NCBI GenBank assembly: GCA_025594325.1
Contig: JANHCV010000014.1
Location: forward strand, 806,001 to 870,000
DNA from: Blastocladiella emersonii ATCC 22665
Taxonomy: Eukaryota; Fungi; Blastocladiomycota
Direction of reading: 5' to 3'
DNA length: 64,000 nt
The notes under the pieces are model-generated. The model was not told the origin of the DNA, made no database searches, and saw nothing but the letters and a program-made list of their open reading frames with translations. Positions 12,537-26,440 of this stretch are shown here, one piece after another. A program made the position numbers and the translations under genes. Every line of letters starts with the position of its first letter. Position 1 is the stretch's first letter.

Positions 12537-13949
12537 GCGCGCGAGCAGACGGCGTACCGTGTTGCCGCGTGGCTAGGCGGCGGGACCCGCGGCACGGCGG
12601 GTGCAGGGGCGCTCGAGGTGCTATACGACAAGAGGCGAGTCGGAGACGCGCTGGCCGCGGGACCGAGCCGAGCGAGCGTACCCGCGACGTGGACTCGAGC
12701 CGCGTGGCGGCTGCAGACGGGCGGCTCGAGCCAGTCCACCACCGCTCTCTACAGTCGGGCGCGGTGAGACCGAGGCTCGCGGAACTGACGCGCAGCCAGC
12801 AGCGTACCGTGTGGCGCGCGGCCAGGTCGATGGCCTGGCACGCGTGAGTCGAAGGGCTCGAGACCGCGGACTCGGACGCGCGCGCGGCCGGCTACAAGCG
12901 CCGCTCAGTCGTTAGTCCCGCTGGTTCGTGTGCGTGCGGCTGGCGCCGCGACGGGTGCGGCTCTTCGCGCTGCGCCGTGCCCTGTCGCTGCATGACAGCG
13001 CGCGGGTGGAACCAGCGCACGACAGCGCGTCGCGCGCGCGTGAGACACGCGCACGCGTGGCGGCGACACGATGGCGGCGAGACAGCACCCACGGCGCCAT
13101 AACGGCGGGACGGCTCGCGCGGTACAGCGCGGTGGTGAGCGTCGCTGGCGGCAGTGTGCGGGGCTCGCACCGCGACGTTCAGTGCGACTGGAGCCAAGCG
13201 CGACGACGGCGAGCGCGACGCAACGAGGGGCAGCGAGGGGGCGGCGGGGCGTACCCGGTGACGGCGGCCGGCGAGAGTGCCGTGCTGCGAGGGTATAGAG
13301 TACATCGTTGCGGGTCGGATGCATTGAGAGAGCGGGAGCGGGAGCGGCCGCCGCGCGGCGACAAGTCCTGAGACCGCCGGCCGACGCGCGCCGAGTCACC
13401 AGCCCGGTCACGTCACGTGCCGATGACCCCCACGTGTTTTCTGGACGCGTCTCGCAGCCCCTTTCGCAGGCCGCCGAGCTACAATTCCCCGAAGCCGACG
13501 CTGAGCTCGCTAGGAGTAGTGAGAAGACAACAATCTGCGCGCGTGGAACGAGGAGGAACAAAGTCGAGGCAAGGGCAGCCCCGCGGCCCGGACAGCAGTC
13601 GCGCAGGCTCACTTCCACCACGACGCCCGGGTGGAACGGGCGGGTCATCCTCGGATTTCCCTTCGTTGGCAGTGAGCCTCTCGTTGCGGTGGTTGCTGAG
13701 GTCGTTCGCCGGGTCCCGCAACACGTCCTCGTCCGCGACGCGCCTGCCAGGTAGTCCTCGAGCCGGGCTGAGAAACTGATCGTTATCGCAAGCTCCGATC
13801 AAGAAGCACTCGATGCGGATTATCCCCTTGTCCGCGCGGAGCGGGCGTGGCGAGGGCGAACAGGCACGTCGTTGCAGTGGCGTCGAGCGAACGAGTTCCC
13901 TCGCCCGCCTCAGCTCGTTCACTCGCCCCTCCACCTAACTCGCACGGTT

Positions 13950-15096
13950 GTCGCATGCCTCAGATGATACTTGATGCAATGTATTCAGAATATGAACTTG
14001 ACAGGATTGCGTCAAATTTATGCCGTTTTGCGAGACTGGAGCGCTACGCCCCGCCCGCTGCACAAGCGTCGTCGGCTGCCCTAGTGAGGCCGCGTGTACG
14101 GCTCGCGCGCAACGCACTATGCGCCCATTCCATGAGCTAGATCAGTCGCATTCGCTCGGACTCGTCGATTTTCGAGTTAGCTATCTTCCATGAGCTGGCG
14201 GTGACCACGTCGCAAACGGCCCACGCAGCGCTCGAAACAGCGCCATCAACAACTCTGACCGACTTGGCCGTGAAACAGCAGCCTTTGCTTGCGAGCCTCG
14301 AAAAGCCCCTGGACCGCGCTTACTTGTCTGAACCGCTTGTTCACGACCCCGAACTCAAGCACAAAGAAATTCACTTTCGAAGCTCCTCGAACCTGCGCTG
14401 GGTGCTTTCTGAACTCTTAGTAGTGCTGTGGTATTCAGCCCGATTCTGCAGGCATGGTATCAGCAACTCGGTCTTGACTGGAAGCTGCAGCAGGACATGC
14501 TTCAGTTGGGCACCAGCCTGACCGTTTGCGTCTTCAAGAATGGAAAGCTTCGCGGCGTTCCGCTCCAGAGCCGCTCGCATTCCCTCCTCCGCGCCATCAT
14601 TCCACGCGCGCTCGCCGAGGATCTCATTCTCAAGCACGCGCTATTTGAGCGCGCCCTCGCTCCAGTTACACGACTCTCCATGGTTTTCCTTAATTGCCCA
14701 CGCGACCCGCTTCTTCAACATGGCCGGTATGGTGTACGCGATCCTCCGCCCTCTCACTCTCATGGGCCTGCACGATTCGAATTATCGGCAGCCAAGCGCA
14801 AGCGATTCGAGGACGCCGACATTTCCTTGGCCGCGTACTCTGACGCTCCGGTGATTGTCTTGCCCGTGCGCGCGATCCGCGACCGCATCTGCGCGTGTCC
14901 ATTGAACGAGCTCAAGGACAGCAAAGTGCCTATCGGAACGATGGTGTGGATCGCGGCCCACATCTCGATCCCGTACAGCTCGCACGAAATCGATCTCGCG
15001 GGCACGGGCGACCCGAACCTGCTTCCGCCAGAGGAACGCGCTGCGCTCATGGATGAGAACGACGCGAGTGACGAAGGTGATCTGAACGATGTTTGA
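13950..15096 (+). pseudogene. Decayed coding remnant inside the CACTA element, possibly a transposase C-terminal region
   Basis: Broken ORFs 14201-14521 and 14428-15096; VIVLPVRAIRDRICACPL...VWIAAHI loosely resembles CACTA-type transposase C-termini. Weak. Confidence 0.35.
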
Positions 15097-15204
15097 GTGC
15101 ATAAATTAATTTTCTGTCGTCGTTCATCGATTGGGCATATTCCGTGATGGAAGCACTGATTTTAAGCTCACCCCAAGTCTAGCTTCATAATTTCCTTGGT
15201 CCGG

Positions 15205-15314
15205 GTAAACAGGGTTTCCCAGCGTAAACAGGTGGTAAACAGCCTTTACCGGCGTAAACTGGGTTTACCGGGCTGTTTACCTCCTGTTTACCAACTTGGG
15301 GAAACGCTGTTTAC
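15205..15314. repeat. Right subterminal array of GTAAAC/GTTTAC hexamers
   Basis: About 8 exact copies in both orientations (hand count), immediately inside the right TIR. Confidence 0.9.
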
Positions 15315-16926
15315 CGGCTGTTTATTTGGCTTTTTCACTGTGTCTGCGTCAACGTATGAGCTCGCACGCGCTATCTATCATCTCTCCTGCGCAACTCGTT
15401 CGGGAGGAGTCTCGGGTCGTGATGGTGGGCGTGATGGTCGACGCTGCGGGCCTCGCGACTCCACGGGCCGCTCGACCCGATCGCAGGACGCGGTTGGTTT
15501 GCGAACCGATCGGCGAGATTCGCGGCCCTGGCGATTCTGTCGTGCTTGAACTCCTCGGCGTCGAGCCGTCCTCCCAAGAGACGCGTGCACGTCGCGATGT
15601 GGTTGCTCGAGCAATGCGCACGGCCGAGTTTGACTCGTGACGGACTTCGCTCGTCAAGCTGACTTCGATAGCCACATCAAGCTCGTATTAAGCTATCAGA
15701 GCGTACGCCACGGGGATGCCCATCCAGGACATGGCAGAACCGGCGAACGTGGCGGCGGGACCCCTGGTCGGCTGACGCGACGAGTGGTCGCACGCTCAGC
15801 TCACGTCCAGCGACGGCGATGCACTCCATGAAGTGATCCAGGTCGACGTACATGTGGATCTCGTGTCGCGGCGTGCGCGTGACGTACCGCGTCATGGAAT
15901 TCTAGAGCTTCACGTCGGCGTGTGTTTGACACGCTGTGCCGCGGGATGCGACGCTGGCCGCGAACGCGGCTTTGGGACGCGTCTTGGTAGCGTAGGCAAG
16001 CGTCCGACTGTCACTGACGCGTACCCGAGGCTTCAAACAGCTGAGCGACCTTGTACTGTTCCGGTTGAGACCCGTCACACTCGCCGTTGGCCTCATAAAT
16101 TAACCCCAGCTTGACTGAGGCGCGCAGTCACTTGTCGCGGTCAGACAAAGACCATGCTCCGTGACGCGTGAATCGCTATGAGCAGCGCCGCCGTATAAAA
16201 CCAGCTGGATTGCTGAACACCATCAATGTGACGTAGCAGTGTGGGCAAGTAAATGACGCGGTGGAACCTGTACGGCTCCGCCGCGTTGACAGGAATATCA
16301 ATCAGTCGCGCAACGTGCAGTACCCCAGGGCGAAGCTAACGACGTTTTTAAATGCATTCTGAAACAAGATTTAGTAGTTTACGGAGAAAGGTGCCCTTAA
16401 TCGTCCGTCAGTCGCGTTGATTGGCGCAACTTGCGTGCAAGTCGTCATGAACGACGCCATCGCCGAAACGGCTCCGGCTGCGCGACCCTTTGCGCAAAGG
16501 GGTTTGCGCAAACCCGGCCGCGGCGCCAGCTTAAGTGGCGCAGGGGTTTGCGCAAAGGGTCGCGCGAACCGGGTCGGTGCCCTCGCCATCTCCAAGTACC
16601 CGCTCCCCACGCACGCATCGACCAGTATGAACCATGAATTTTCTGCTCCGGCGACTTGATGCAACCTATTTATGAGCGATTGCCTGAGACTTTGACGCGG
16701 TGAAGAGAGGTTTTGCGCTTCGACTCGTGTTCGACCCGTGAGACTGCGTCGCTCGCGAGCGCGAAACGCGTAAAGTCACCGATGCGGCAGCGAGAGTGAT
16801 GATCTGAGAGAACGAGGTCATGTATTTCGACCAGTGGCGCCCGCCACGCGCCGCAGCTCGTTCTCGTCGCGAATACTGCAAGGGACGGCGCTCGCTACGC
16901 GCCGCCGCGGGACCCGATCGGGTCCC

Positions 16927-18430
16927 CTACACCACCACCTCGAGCAGGTCGCGCTCCCACAGGTACGCCATGAGCGCGGCCGACCCCGCGCAGTCGAACG
17001 GGTTGAGCAGCCACTCCCTGTACTCGCTCTCGAGCAGGGCGTTGCCTGCGCCCGAACGCGTGGGCGCTGCGGGCCGGTCGTAGTTGGGCACGACGTGGAC
17101 AAAGGTCTGGAAGGCCGCCACGTCCACGGCATGGTAGCGGCCGAGACCCATCCCCGGCACCGCGGGATGCAGGGCGAGGACCTGCACCGGGATGTTCTTC
17201 TACTTTTTGCTGCCGCCTGACGCGTCGTCCTGGACGCGGAACTGCTCGACGATGGCCACGTCGTGCTCGGTGCCGTTGTGCGTGAAGTGCAGCGCGGCGG
17301 CTAGCTTCCCGACGCGGTACTTCTTGTCCGACGTGAGATACTACCGTACGCGAGAAAGCAGATGTTAGCGACCGAAGGATTCGGGTGCGAGCACACAGCA
17401 AGCAGTGTATCATGACCCAGTTCGCGTGCGCCTTGCCACGGATCGGGAACTGGCACTTGCCCGCGAGCTGCTCGTTGCGGAACCCGCCGAGCGAGAAGGC
17501 CTCGAACGAGATTGCCTTGGACATGAAGAGCTACACGCGGAACGATGCGGGAGCGTCAGCTTCAAGTGTTTGCGATACAGTTCGCGCGCACGCGAGTACC
17601 TTGCCGTCGTCGGGACGCATGAGCGGATCGTCGGCCGCGCGCTGCGCCGAGAGTCCAGCGTCCTCGGCCAGGTAACCATGGAGGATCTGGGCGAGGAACG
17701 GGGTCCGGGTCGAGAGCTGGTCCATGCTCGAGCTCGCGGTCGTGCCAAACGAGAAGTGTTCCTCGCGCCCAGGACCAAACTTGATGAGGTCAAACGTTGT
17801 CACCTTGAGCGTGGTCAGGCGCACGCCGGCCAGGTTGTTGAAGACCTCGTCCATGCCCTCGTATTCTTATGATGCGATCGCGACGATGTGAGCGTTAGTG
17901 GTGCTCCACGGCGCGCGAGAGTGAGCGAATCTGTACTGCGGGGTCGCACTCCGTTACGAGCGCGCGCGCGATCGCCTGCAGGGCCTCGCACGAGGCCACG
18001 CGCGGAAACATCTGCTCGGTCGAGGTCGCTGTGTGGTTTGTGAACTTGGCTAGGATTTTGGCGTTGAACTTGTGCAAGCGCTCCATTGCCTCGGTCGACA
18101 GGATCGTGGTGGGACCGAAGCGCTTGATGAACTCGACGTACTCGCTCAGGTAGTGGTACTTGAGCGTGTGGGTCATGGTGTAGTCGTTGAGGAGCGCGCG
18201 CACACACGCGCGGCGAGCGGCCTGGCCGAACCAGCCGAGGGCCAGTTCGGCGTACTCGAGCGACCGGTCACTCGGCGCTGATCCGCGGAGCAGAGTGCAG
18301 TGGAGCTCATAGAGCGTGAGAACTTTGAACTTGACGAGTTCCGACGGCGAGATCGGGGCTGTGTGAGCGCAGACACACGGATTTGACCGTTCCAGGCATA
18401 GCAAGAGGTAGAGCTCGACATTTCAGGTCG
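16927..18430 (-). pseudogene. Plavaka-type transposase remnant (frameshifts and stops)
   Basis: LKYHYLSEYVEFIKRFGPTTILSTEAMERLHKFNAK...FTN matches the K-H-L-HY..I..FG....STE..ERLH...AK...TN motif of Plavaka/CACTA-like transposases; later FQTFVHVVPNYD...WLLNPF; split across several ORFs. Confidence 0.7.
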
Positions 18431-19299
18431 GTTGCATAGAGTCGCAAGATAGGTTTGCATGGTGCGTCGAGCGGTGAGGGAGGCGAGGGACGCGAAGGTC
18501 ATGCCACGTGATGCTTCCGCCCTTCGCCGATCCTTCTTCAGCGCGCGCGTTGGGCGCGGATGGCTGCCGCTCCCGCCGAACCGCCAAGTCCCCGCCCGAC
18601 CCCACCCACCACCATGCATTCGACGCACCCATCCCCTCCCCATCGCATGCAGCCCTGCCCGTACGTCGCTCGCACCGCGTCGGCCACGGCGGCGCCCGTG
18701 TCGTGCGGCCGCCTTCGCCGCGTCGCTCGCCGTGTCCAAGTCGTGCCCGCCACCTCCACGCTCGTCTAAGACGACGGCCCGACCCCCGAGACGTGCTTGG
18801 TCCAACCAAGGAGACGTACGTCGCCGCTGCGGCGGTGCATCCGCGTCGTGCTGAGTCGGCGCGAGCGCGCGTTTCCCGTCGACTCATCCGCCCCACTTCC
18901 GCCCTTCCCCTCGACACTCATCGACCTCGCCACGCGCGGGACCGCTGCCGATCGTCCTCCGCGGCGGATCGGCTCGGTTGCGCCCTTCATCACCCCCTAA
19001 TCACTCGCCGCCCTGCTGTGCCGCTCGAACACCGCTCACTTGTTCCCCACGTCGCCCCACGTTTTCAGATCTCCACCCACCGGGCGCTCGTGCTGACCCG
19101 CGCCAAGCGCGCCTCGTCCGACACTATCGACCACCTCGGTGACGCGTGCAAGGTCGAGCTCCCGACGCGACCAAGTTGTTCGACAAGGGCCTCGCCAAGC
19201 GCGTGCACGGCTGCGTTCGACAAGGTGTGCGCGTGTATCGCCGCGGCCACGGTGCGACCCGGGTTCTGACCCGCCATCGGCCGTGTAGCGACACCGTGA

Positions 19300-20176
19300 A
19301 CACGTCGCCGTGATCAAGGCCGCCAAGCTGCTCCGCGATGCGGTACGCTTTCTCACTCGCTGTGGGCGTCTGCGCCGCCCGGACCTCGTGGCCGCCGTCG
19401 CCCGCGCGCCCACGGTGCCGTCAAGGCCGAGATCGACAAAATCACCGGCTGCACTGCCATGGTCACCAAGGACGCGTCCGCGACGGCCGTCAAGACCTCG
19501 GGCAACGTCAACCACGGCCCCGACCATGGCCATCGGCTTCCTCGCACCCGCCAAGGTGTTCGAGGCCGAGTACAGCGAGATCCAGGGCATGCTCGATCAC
19601 GGTGCGTTCTCGACCTGGTCCGCGGCCTAGGATGCGCGCTTCGAGCCCCTCGCTAACACGCACGTACGCGTCTCACTGCAGATCAAGCGGCAGCTTGCTG
19701 GCGCCAACATCGACAAGACCAAGGTCCTCGACTCGCTGCAGTGCAAGGACAAGTCCCCCTCGGCTACGAGGACCACGCGGTACGTCTCGCGCGCACCGCC
19801 CCTCTCTCTCTCCGCGTCGCTGACCTTGCGCCCCTCCGCACCAGGGCAACGACACTCGGCGGCGCAGAAGTCCAAGCCCGACTCGCTGCGACGGTCGGTG
19901 ACCGTGGCCATCGCCGACGCCAAGTGCGAGATCACGTCACTCAAGGAGATCAAGGGCGCCAGCCTCCGCGCGGCCATCAAGCGCACCCGCTCAGCCCGAT
20001 CAAGATCGACTCCCACGTCGAAGGTGGGCGGGCGGCCACGGGTCAGCGGCATCGAGACCGAGCTCAAGCACTCGTTCCCGCACATCAAGGAGTGGTGGCG
20101 ACGGCGGCCGCGGAAGAGCCCGGGCCGCGAGCGCCGGCCGGGCGCGGCGGCGGCCGCGCGCAGGGGCGTATTATGA
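19300..20176 (+). pseudogene. Fragmented ORF of unknown function inside the Plavaka-like element, divergent from the transposase
   Basis: Coding-like codon bias across ORFs 19310-19630 and 19826-20176 with frame breaks; no family recognised. Confidence 0.3.
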
Positions 20177-21056
20177 TTGATACAGAGCTATTATTCGAAT
20201 CGGTCTATCGGAATGCCTATCAGGGTGAGCACGTGATTCTATATTGAGGCGCAGCGCGTCTGGCGGCGCGAATCAGGCGCGACCACTTGCGCCAACGTTT
20301 GCGCGAACCGAGGCCCTGGTTTGCGCATACATGGGGTCTCGATGGTGCCCAACATCGGCCCCCTTTGCGCAAACCCTCGCGCAACGGGTCGCGCAAGGGG
20401 GGTTCGCGCAAGGGTTTGCGCCAACCGATGCGCAAAGGACCAATGGCTGGGAGCCGTTTCGGCGATGGCGTCCCCTCCGGACCACGCGTCGCCTTGACAT
20501 GCGCTTGCGAGCCCAAACTTGGCTTACCGTTCGTAATCGTAAGAAGAGCAGCTCGATTTTAACTACAAGGCCGAGTTTCCATGGCGAGCAAGAGGTTATC
20601 GTGAGCCGGGAGTAGGGTCGAACGGCGAGTCAGCATTCTGACGCCATCAACTGTCACAGTTGACTGAACAGGACGCGCCGCTCGGCAAAAAAGGACCCAT
20701 TTGCGATATTTGAGCATTAATCTGTGATACACATCAATAAAGGGACCACTGACTTTCTTATTGGCGCACGGCGACGAGGCGAGAGCGCTACACGCGGAAG
20801 CGCAAGCTAGAGAGACTCATTGCCGTCAGACCGCTCGCGGCATGAGGTAGCCGGTGCAGCAGCAAACGCGAGCCGTGCGTGCTGAGCTCCGAACGTTAGG
20901 CACCGAGTGTAACGCTTCGCTGAGGCGTACACGGCGGAACGGAAACGATCGCCAACGCCACCAAAGAAAGACTCAAGTCCAGCAGAATGGCGTTTGGATG
21001 CTAACAATACATGTTTGACGCCAAATCAGGCGCGTGATTATCGTCAAGCCGACGGC

Positions 21057-21982
<926 letters not shown>

Positions 21983-24979
21983 TCACGAGGGCGAGTGGCT
22001 TGGACCGCGAGACACTTCCGTCTCATTGAAGGGGTGCACGAGCGCACGCACCAGCTCGCGCGTATCCGTCGCCATCTTGTCGCGGTACACGCGCCCGCGG
22101 TAGGTCAGCGGGACCGCCGCCAACCCGCCCGCGGAGTGCACGAGCGGCACCGCGTCGACCGCGTCCAGCGCCTTGACGACGCGGGAATCGTGCTCGTGCA
22201 GCCGCGCCGTGATCGCCGCCCGCGCCGCCGCCTCGGGAAGCCGCGCGTCGGACCGGTCCGTCCAGAACCGCAGCGGCTGCGACGCGCGGTACTCGAACGC
22301 GATCCACTCGCCCAGCACCCGCTCGCGCGCGAGGACGGCGGTCGCCGCGGTCTCCCAGCACCGCACGGCAGCGAGCTGGGTGTCGAGCGGCTCACGCCCG
22401 TACACGACGGCGAGGCGCAGGCGGTCCGAGAGCGTGAACCCGAGCCGGAACGCGACCCGGTCGAACCGCTTGGCGAGCGACTCGGCGTCGATGGTCTCAT
22501 TGTTGTCGGCTTCGGTGGGTTCCGTCGGGTCCTCGAGCTCGGGATCCTCATCGTGGGGTGAGGCGGGACGCGAAGCAGCGGAGGCGGAACGGCGGCGGCG
22601 GCGGACCTGCAGCTTGACGCGCCGTTCGCGCCCGCGGTGCACCTCGTCGTGCAGGTCATCGTCGCCCGACCCGGACCCGACGCTCGTGTCGTCCTCGTCG
22701 TCGTCGTACCCGGTCCCAGCACGCACGGGCGACGGCAGCGGCGACATGACCTCGAGCGCGCGCGTGCTCCACTCGCCGCGCGCGAACGGCACCGCCTCCT
22801 CCTCCTCTCCACCACCGTCGCCCAGATCAGAGTCGGACTCGGAGCCCGACACCCCCAAATTCTCCACACAGGCGTCACCCGCCGAGACCGCCGCCGACAC
22901 GGGCCGCTGTCCCGACCCGCCCATGATGAAATCGTTGCGGAACCGGCCCGCGAACGCGCGGTACCCGTCGGCCGTGAGCCGCGACTTGCGCACGCGGTAC
23001 GTCGTCTGCGGAATGTACCCGCCGAAATTGTACCGCGAGTTTTCGGGCTTCGACGTCGGCACGCGCGCCATGGCCAGCGCGCGGTGCCGCGCAAACTCGT
23101 CGGCCGTGACGTGCAGCTCGTGCGCCGAGACGTGCCGCGGCATCATCTGGATCCGGTGCTGGATCGTGCGGGTCTCGGTGACGGTGCCGCGGGTCCCGTT
23201 CGTCGCGACCGACGCGCGGGATAAACCGCGGTCCTCGGTGCCCGGAATGAGCGAAGCGGCCAGCGAGTCGGCGGGGATTGCAGGGAACCCGCGCGCCGAG
23301 GGCGACTCGCCCAGCAGCAGCTGCCCGCCCGTCACCGACTGCATGATCTCGTCGAACAGCTCCTCGACCTCCTGCGCGCGCGACAGCTGGTTGTCGAGGT
23401 CGAGGTCGCGGCCCGTGTTTGCAGGGGAGCGGTGCCGGTCCGCGTCGTCGGCCGACTCGTCGTTGATCCAGTGCACCATCGACAGCACGTCTGACACGAT
23501 ACGCCCGTGCGGCTCGCGGTGCGACAGCCGAGGTGGGCCGATGCCTGTGATGAGCGACTTGGGTGTGGTGGTGCGTGGTGTGTCGTCGTCGTTGGTGGAT
23601 GAAGGGAACGAGTGAAGGCGGACGCTAGGCGGTGCAATGGCGTTGACGCTGCGGCGGTCGCGCATCTCGGCCTCGCTCGCGGGTGCCGGAAACGACGAGG
23701 ACGCTGACGGGTCTGTCGCGGGTGCGGCAGCCTGAGCTTGAGCGGACGCGAGTTGGGCGGCGACAGATTGCGCTGCACCAGCAGTCACGGTCCGTGGCTC
23801 AGTGAGGTGCTTCTCGGCCTTGACGGCGAGGCGGTACAGCTCGCCCGAGTCCGAGTGCGTGGCACCAGCCCCAGCCGCACCGACAGGACGGCGACGCTGC
23901 ATGGCGTGCTCGAGGTACCGCGGCTGCGGGGTCGGGGCGAGGGCCACGTACTCGCGGTCCGAGTGCCGCAGAAACGACGCCATGAGCAGCGGGTCCTCGG
24001 GGATCGGCTCCTGCTCGGGCACCTCGAGGTCGGCAAAATCGGACGTGGGAGCACCGTCACCCGAAGCAGGTGCGGTAAAGTCGAGGGTCGCGGCGCGAGG
24101 GAAGCGCGGGTTGTAGCGGCGCCGCTGCGGCGACGACGCGGCCTGCGTACGAGCACCGCCGACGGTGGAGCGGACGCGGACAGCAGCCTCAGGAGACAAT
24201 GCGCGCAAACCCTCGCGCGAGTAGCCCGCCTCGGACAACCGCGTCTGCAGAGCGTGCTGCGCGCGCAGCTCGCGCTGGACCTCGGCCGTGATCCGCCGCT
24301 TCTCGTGCAGCAGCGCGACGCCGCGCGGCATGGGCGTCTCGAGCTGCGACAGCTGGACGTGCGCCAGCAGGTGCCGCTGCGCGTGGTCGGCGATCGCGGC
24401 CGCGTCGACGCGCTCGGGCGGGACGGGCGCGGGCGGCGGCGACGTCGTACGCCGGATCGCGGCGCCCTGCGCGCTCAGCCACGCCAGGTGCACGGGGCGG
24501 ATCCCTCTGACCAAATCGCGGCGAAAGGCGTGCAGCGTGCGCTCGACGGTCGGCGCGTGCGGCAGCGCGGCCTGCAGGCAGTGGCCGACGTACAGGTCGC
24601 GGCACCGGTGCAGCGCATTGTCGCGCACCGCCCGTAAGTTGTCGGCGAGCGCGCGCACCGTGGCCGGGTCGCGCAGCGGGCGGCGCAGCGGCTTCACGTC
24701 GGCCGAGAAGCGCAGCGTGAACTCGGCGAGGAAGGCGTCGCGCTACGGTTCGTGGGTTGGTGATTAGTGGCGAGTCGAGTGCGGTGACTGAACAGAAAGA
24801 CGCACAAACTGGGCGCGGTCGGCGGGCGGCAGCCACTCGACGGCGTCAAAGTCGGAGAGCAGGTCCTGCGCGAGCGCGGCGATGCGCGCCTCCGTGTCGT
24901 CGTCGCGGTTGTTGCTTTTCGGGATGGTACCGGTTGCTTGAGGTGCGGCAGAAGACGACGACGGTCGCTTCACCACCAT
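21983..24979 (-). CDS. CCDC87: CCDC87-like protein (MAP65/ASE1-related C-terminal domain), copy 1
   Basis: Mirror of 39695-42691. Confidence 0.6.
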
Positions 24980-25649
24980 ACTAGCGACAGCAGCGACCTG
25001 ACTCGAGAGCGAAGTTGACGCGTGCGCATCGTGCGAGACGGTCGGCGCCTTACCACTGCTGAGCGCTACGTGCGACCCATGGACAAAAGATCAGCGGCCG
25101 TACAAGTCCCACCACGTTGCGGCACGTACATACGCGATACCGTCGGGACGACAATCGGCTCGAGCGAAAAGGTGCGCTGCGGCTGCGGCGGCTGATGGAT
25201 CGAGGTGCTGCCGCGCGGGCCAGACACGCGGCGCGGGTCCTGTCCCACTGCTGCGTGGGATTGCCGCGCCAGCAGTAGCGAGTCGTGGCGCGCGGTCATC
25301 ATAGTTGCGAGGTGGGTATGGCGACAGCGCAGCGACCTGAAGCCAGCGAATCAAACGAGTTGCATCGAGTCTTGGCGAGCATGCATGGCAAGTGTGGTGG
25401 TATGTCGTGAGAGGAAAGAGTAGAAGCCGGGCGCGACGCGACAAGGTCCAAAAAACGCGTCTCCTACTCGATGCACGTGAGGGGTGCGAGACGCGTCTCG
25501 CCGATCGCGAATCGCGGCGCGACGGGGGCACCGCAGGGCGCCGATCCGTCTCGAGGCGGTGACTCAGCGCGCATCCGGATGCTAACGACGAACTCAGGGA
25601 GAAAAGAACAACCGGAGCAAGCAGCACCGGCAAAAGGCAAAAGAGAAGA

Positions 25650-25721
25650 AGGGGCCGCCGAGGATTGATCTCGGGACCTGTCGATCTGCAGTCGACCGCT
25701 CTACCGCTGAGCTACAACCCC
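25650..25721 (-). tRNA. tRNA-Cys(GCA), copy 1
   Basis: Mirror of 38953-39024. Confidence 0.85.
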
Positions 25722-26059
25722 TGTGCTTTGTTCTTCACGCTACAGAGGGGCGCTGGTCTAATATATACTCTTGTTCCGCAGAGAACGCGGTCGGCCGGTC
25801 GTTTGCAAGGTCAGGATCGTGTCGCTCAACAGCGGCAGCGGCCTCTAGCTGTCCCGGACGCCTGGGGTCGGCCTTAGTCCGCACTAGGTGATCGGCGCGA
25901 TACTCAGCGACTTGCTTCCCGCGGCGGCCGTCGCTGGCAAACTGTAGTTCGGCTCGACCATCGTGGAACTGAACAAAAAATATCACGGAACCTCATCCGC
26001 ACACGGCCAGGCAGAGAAAACGACCTAACCGGGAGGTCGATCACTGCGAGAAAAAAAAG

Positions 26060-26131
26060 TGAGGCGTGGGTGAGTCGAACACCCAACCTTTTGATCTGGA
26101 GTCAAACGCGCTACCATTGCGCCAACGCCCC
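26060..26131 (-). tRNA. tRNA-Trp(CCA), copy 1
   Basis: Mirror of 38543-38614. Confidence 0.93.
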
Positions 26132-26391
26132 TCGATACCGTAGCGTCTCGACCTGACCATGATCCTCCTGTCTCCACCGATGAATGCCGCCAGTCCTTGC
26201 ACTCATCACGCAAGTCCAAGGTCGTCGTTTCCGCTCCCGATCCACAAAGGGCTCCTAGGTTGCATTGCATGCACTCGACGCGGCAGCGACACTTGCAACG
26301 GCAGAATCGGAGAAGCTTTGATCACAAGTTGTAAAGTGAGCAGCCCACGAGGGTCGCTTCAACGCGTTGCGCCACACGCTTTTGCCTTCGG

Positions 26392-26440
26392 CGTCACTCA
26401 AAGTGCTCCACATCCACGTCACTCAACGTGCTCCACATCT
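26392..26440. repeat. 25-bp tandem repeat x2 (mirrored at 38234-38282)
   Basis: CGTCACTCAAAGTGCTCCACATCCA followed by CGTCACTCAACGTGCTCCACATCT. Confidence 0.8.

Larger units (their letters stand above)
11765..15342. mobile_element. CACTA/EnSpm (CMC)-type DNA transposon, complete ends, probably non-autonomous (3,578 bp)
   Basis: 13-bp TIR CACAGTGAAAAAG (11765-11777) / CTTTTTCACTGTG (15330-15342); 3-bp TSD TCT (11762-11764, 15343-15345); subterminal repeat arrays at both ends. Confidence 0.88.
16453..20472. mobile_element. Decayed Plavaka/CACTA-like DNA transposon; true termini not identified
   Basis: Perfect 23-bp inverted repeat GACGCCATCGCCGAAACGGCTCC (16453-16475) / GGAGCCGTTTCGGCGATGGCGTC (20450-20472); TTTGCGCAAA-type arrays inside both; transposase remnant between. 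Confidence 0.65.
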
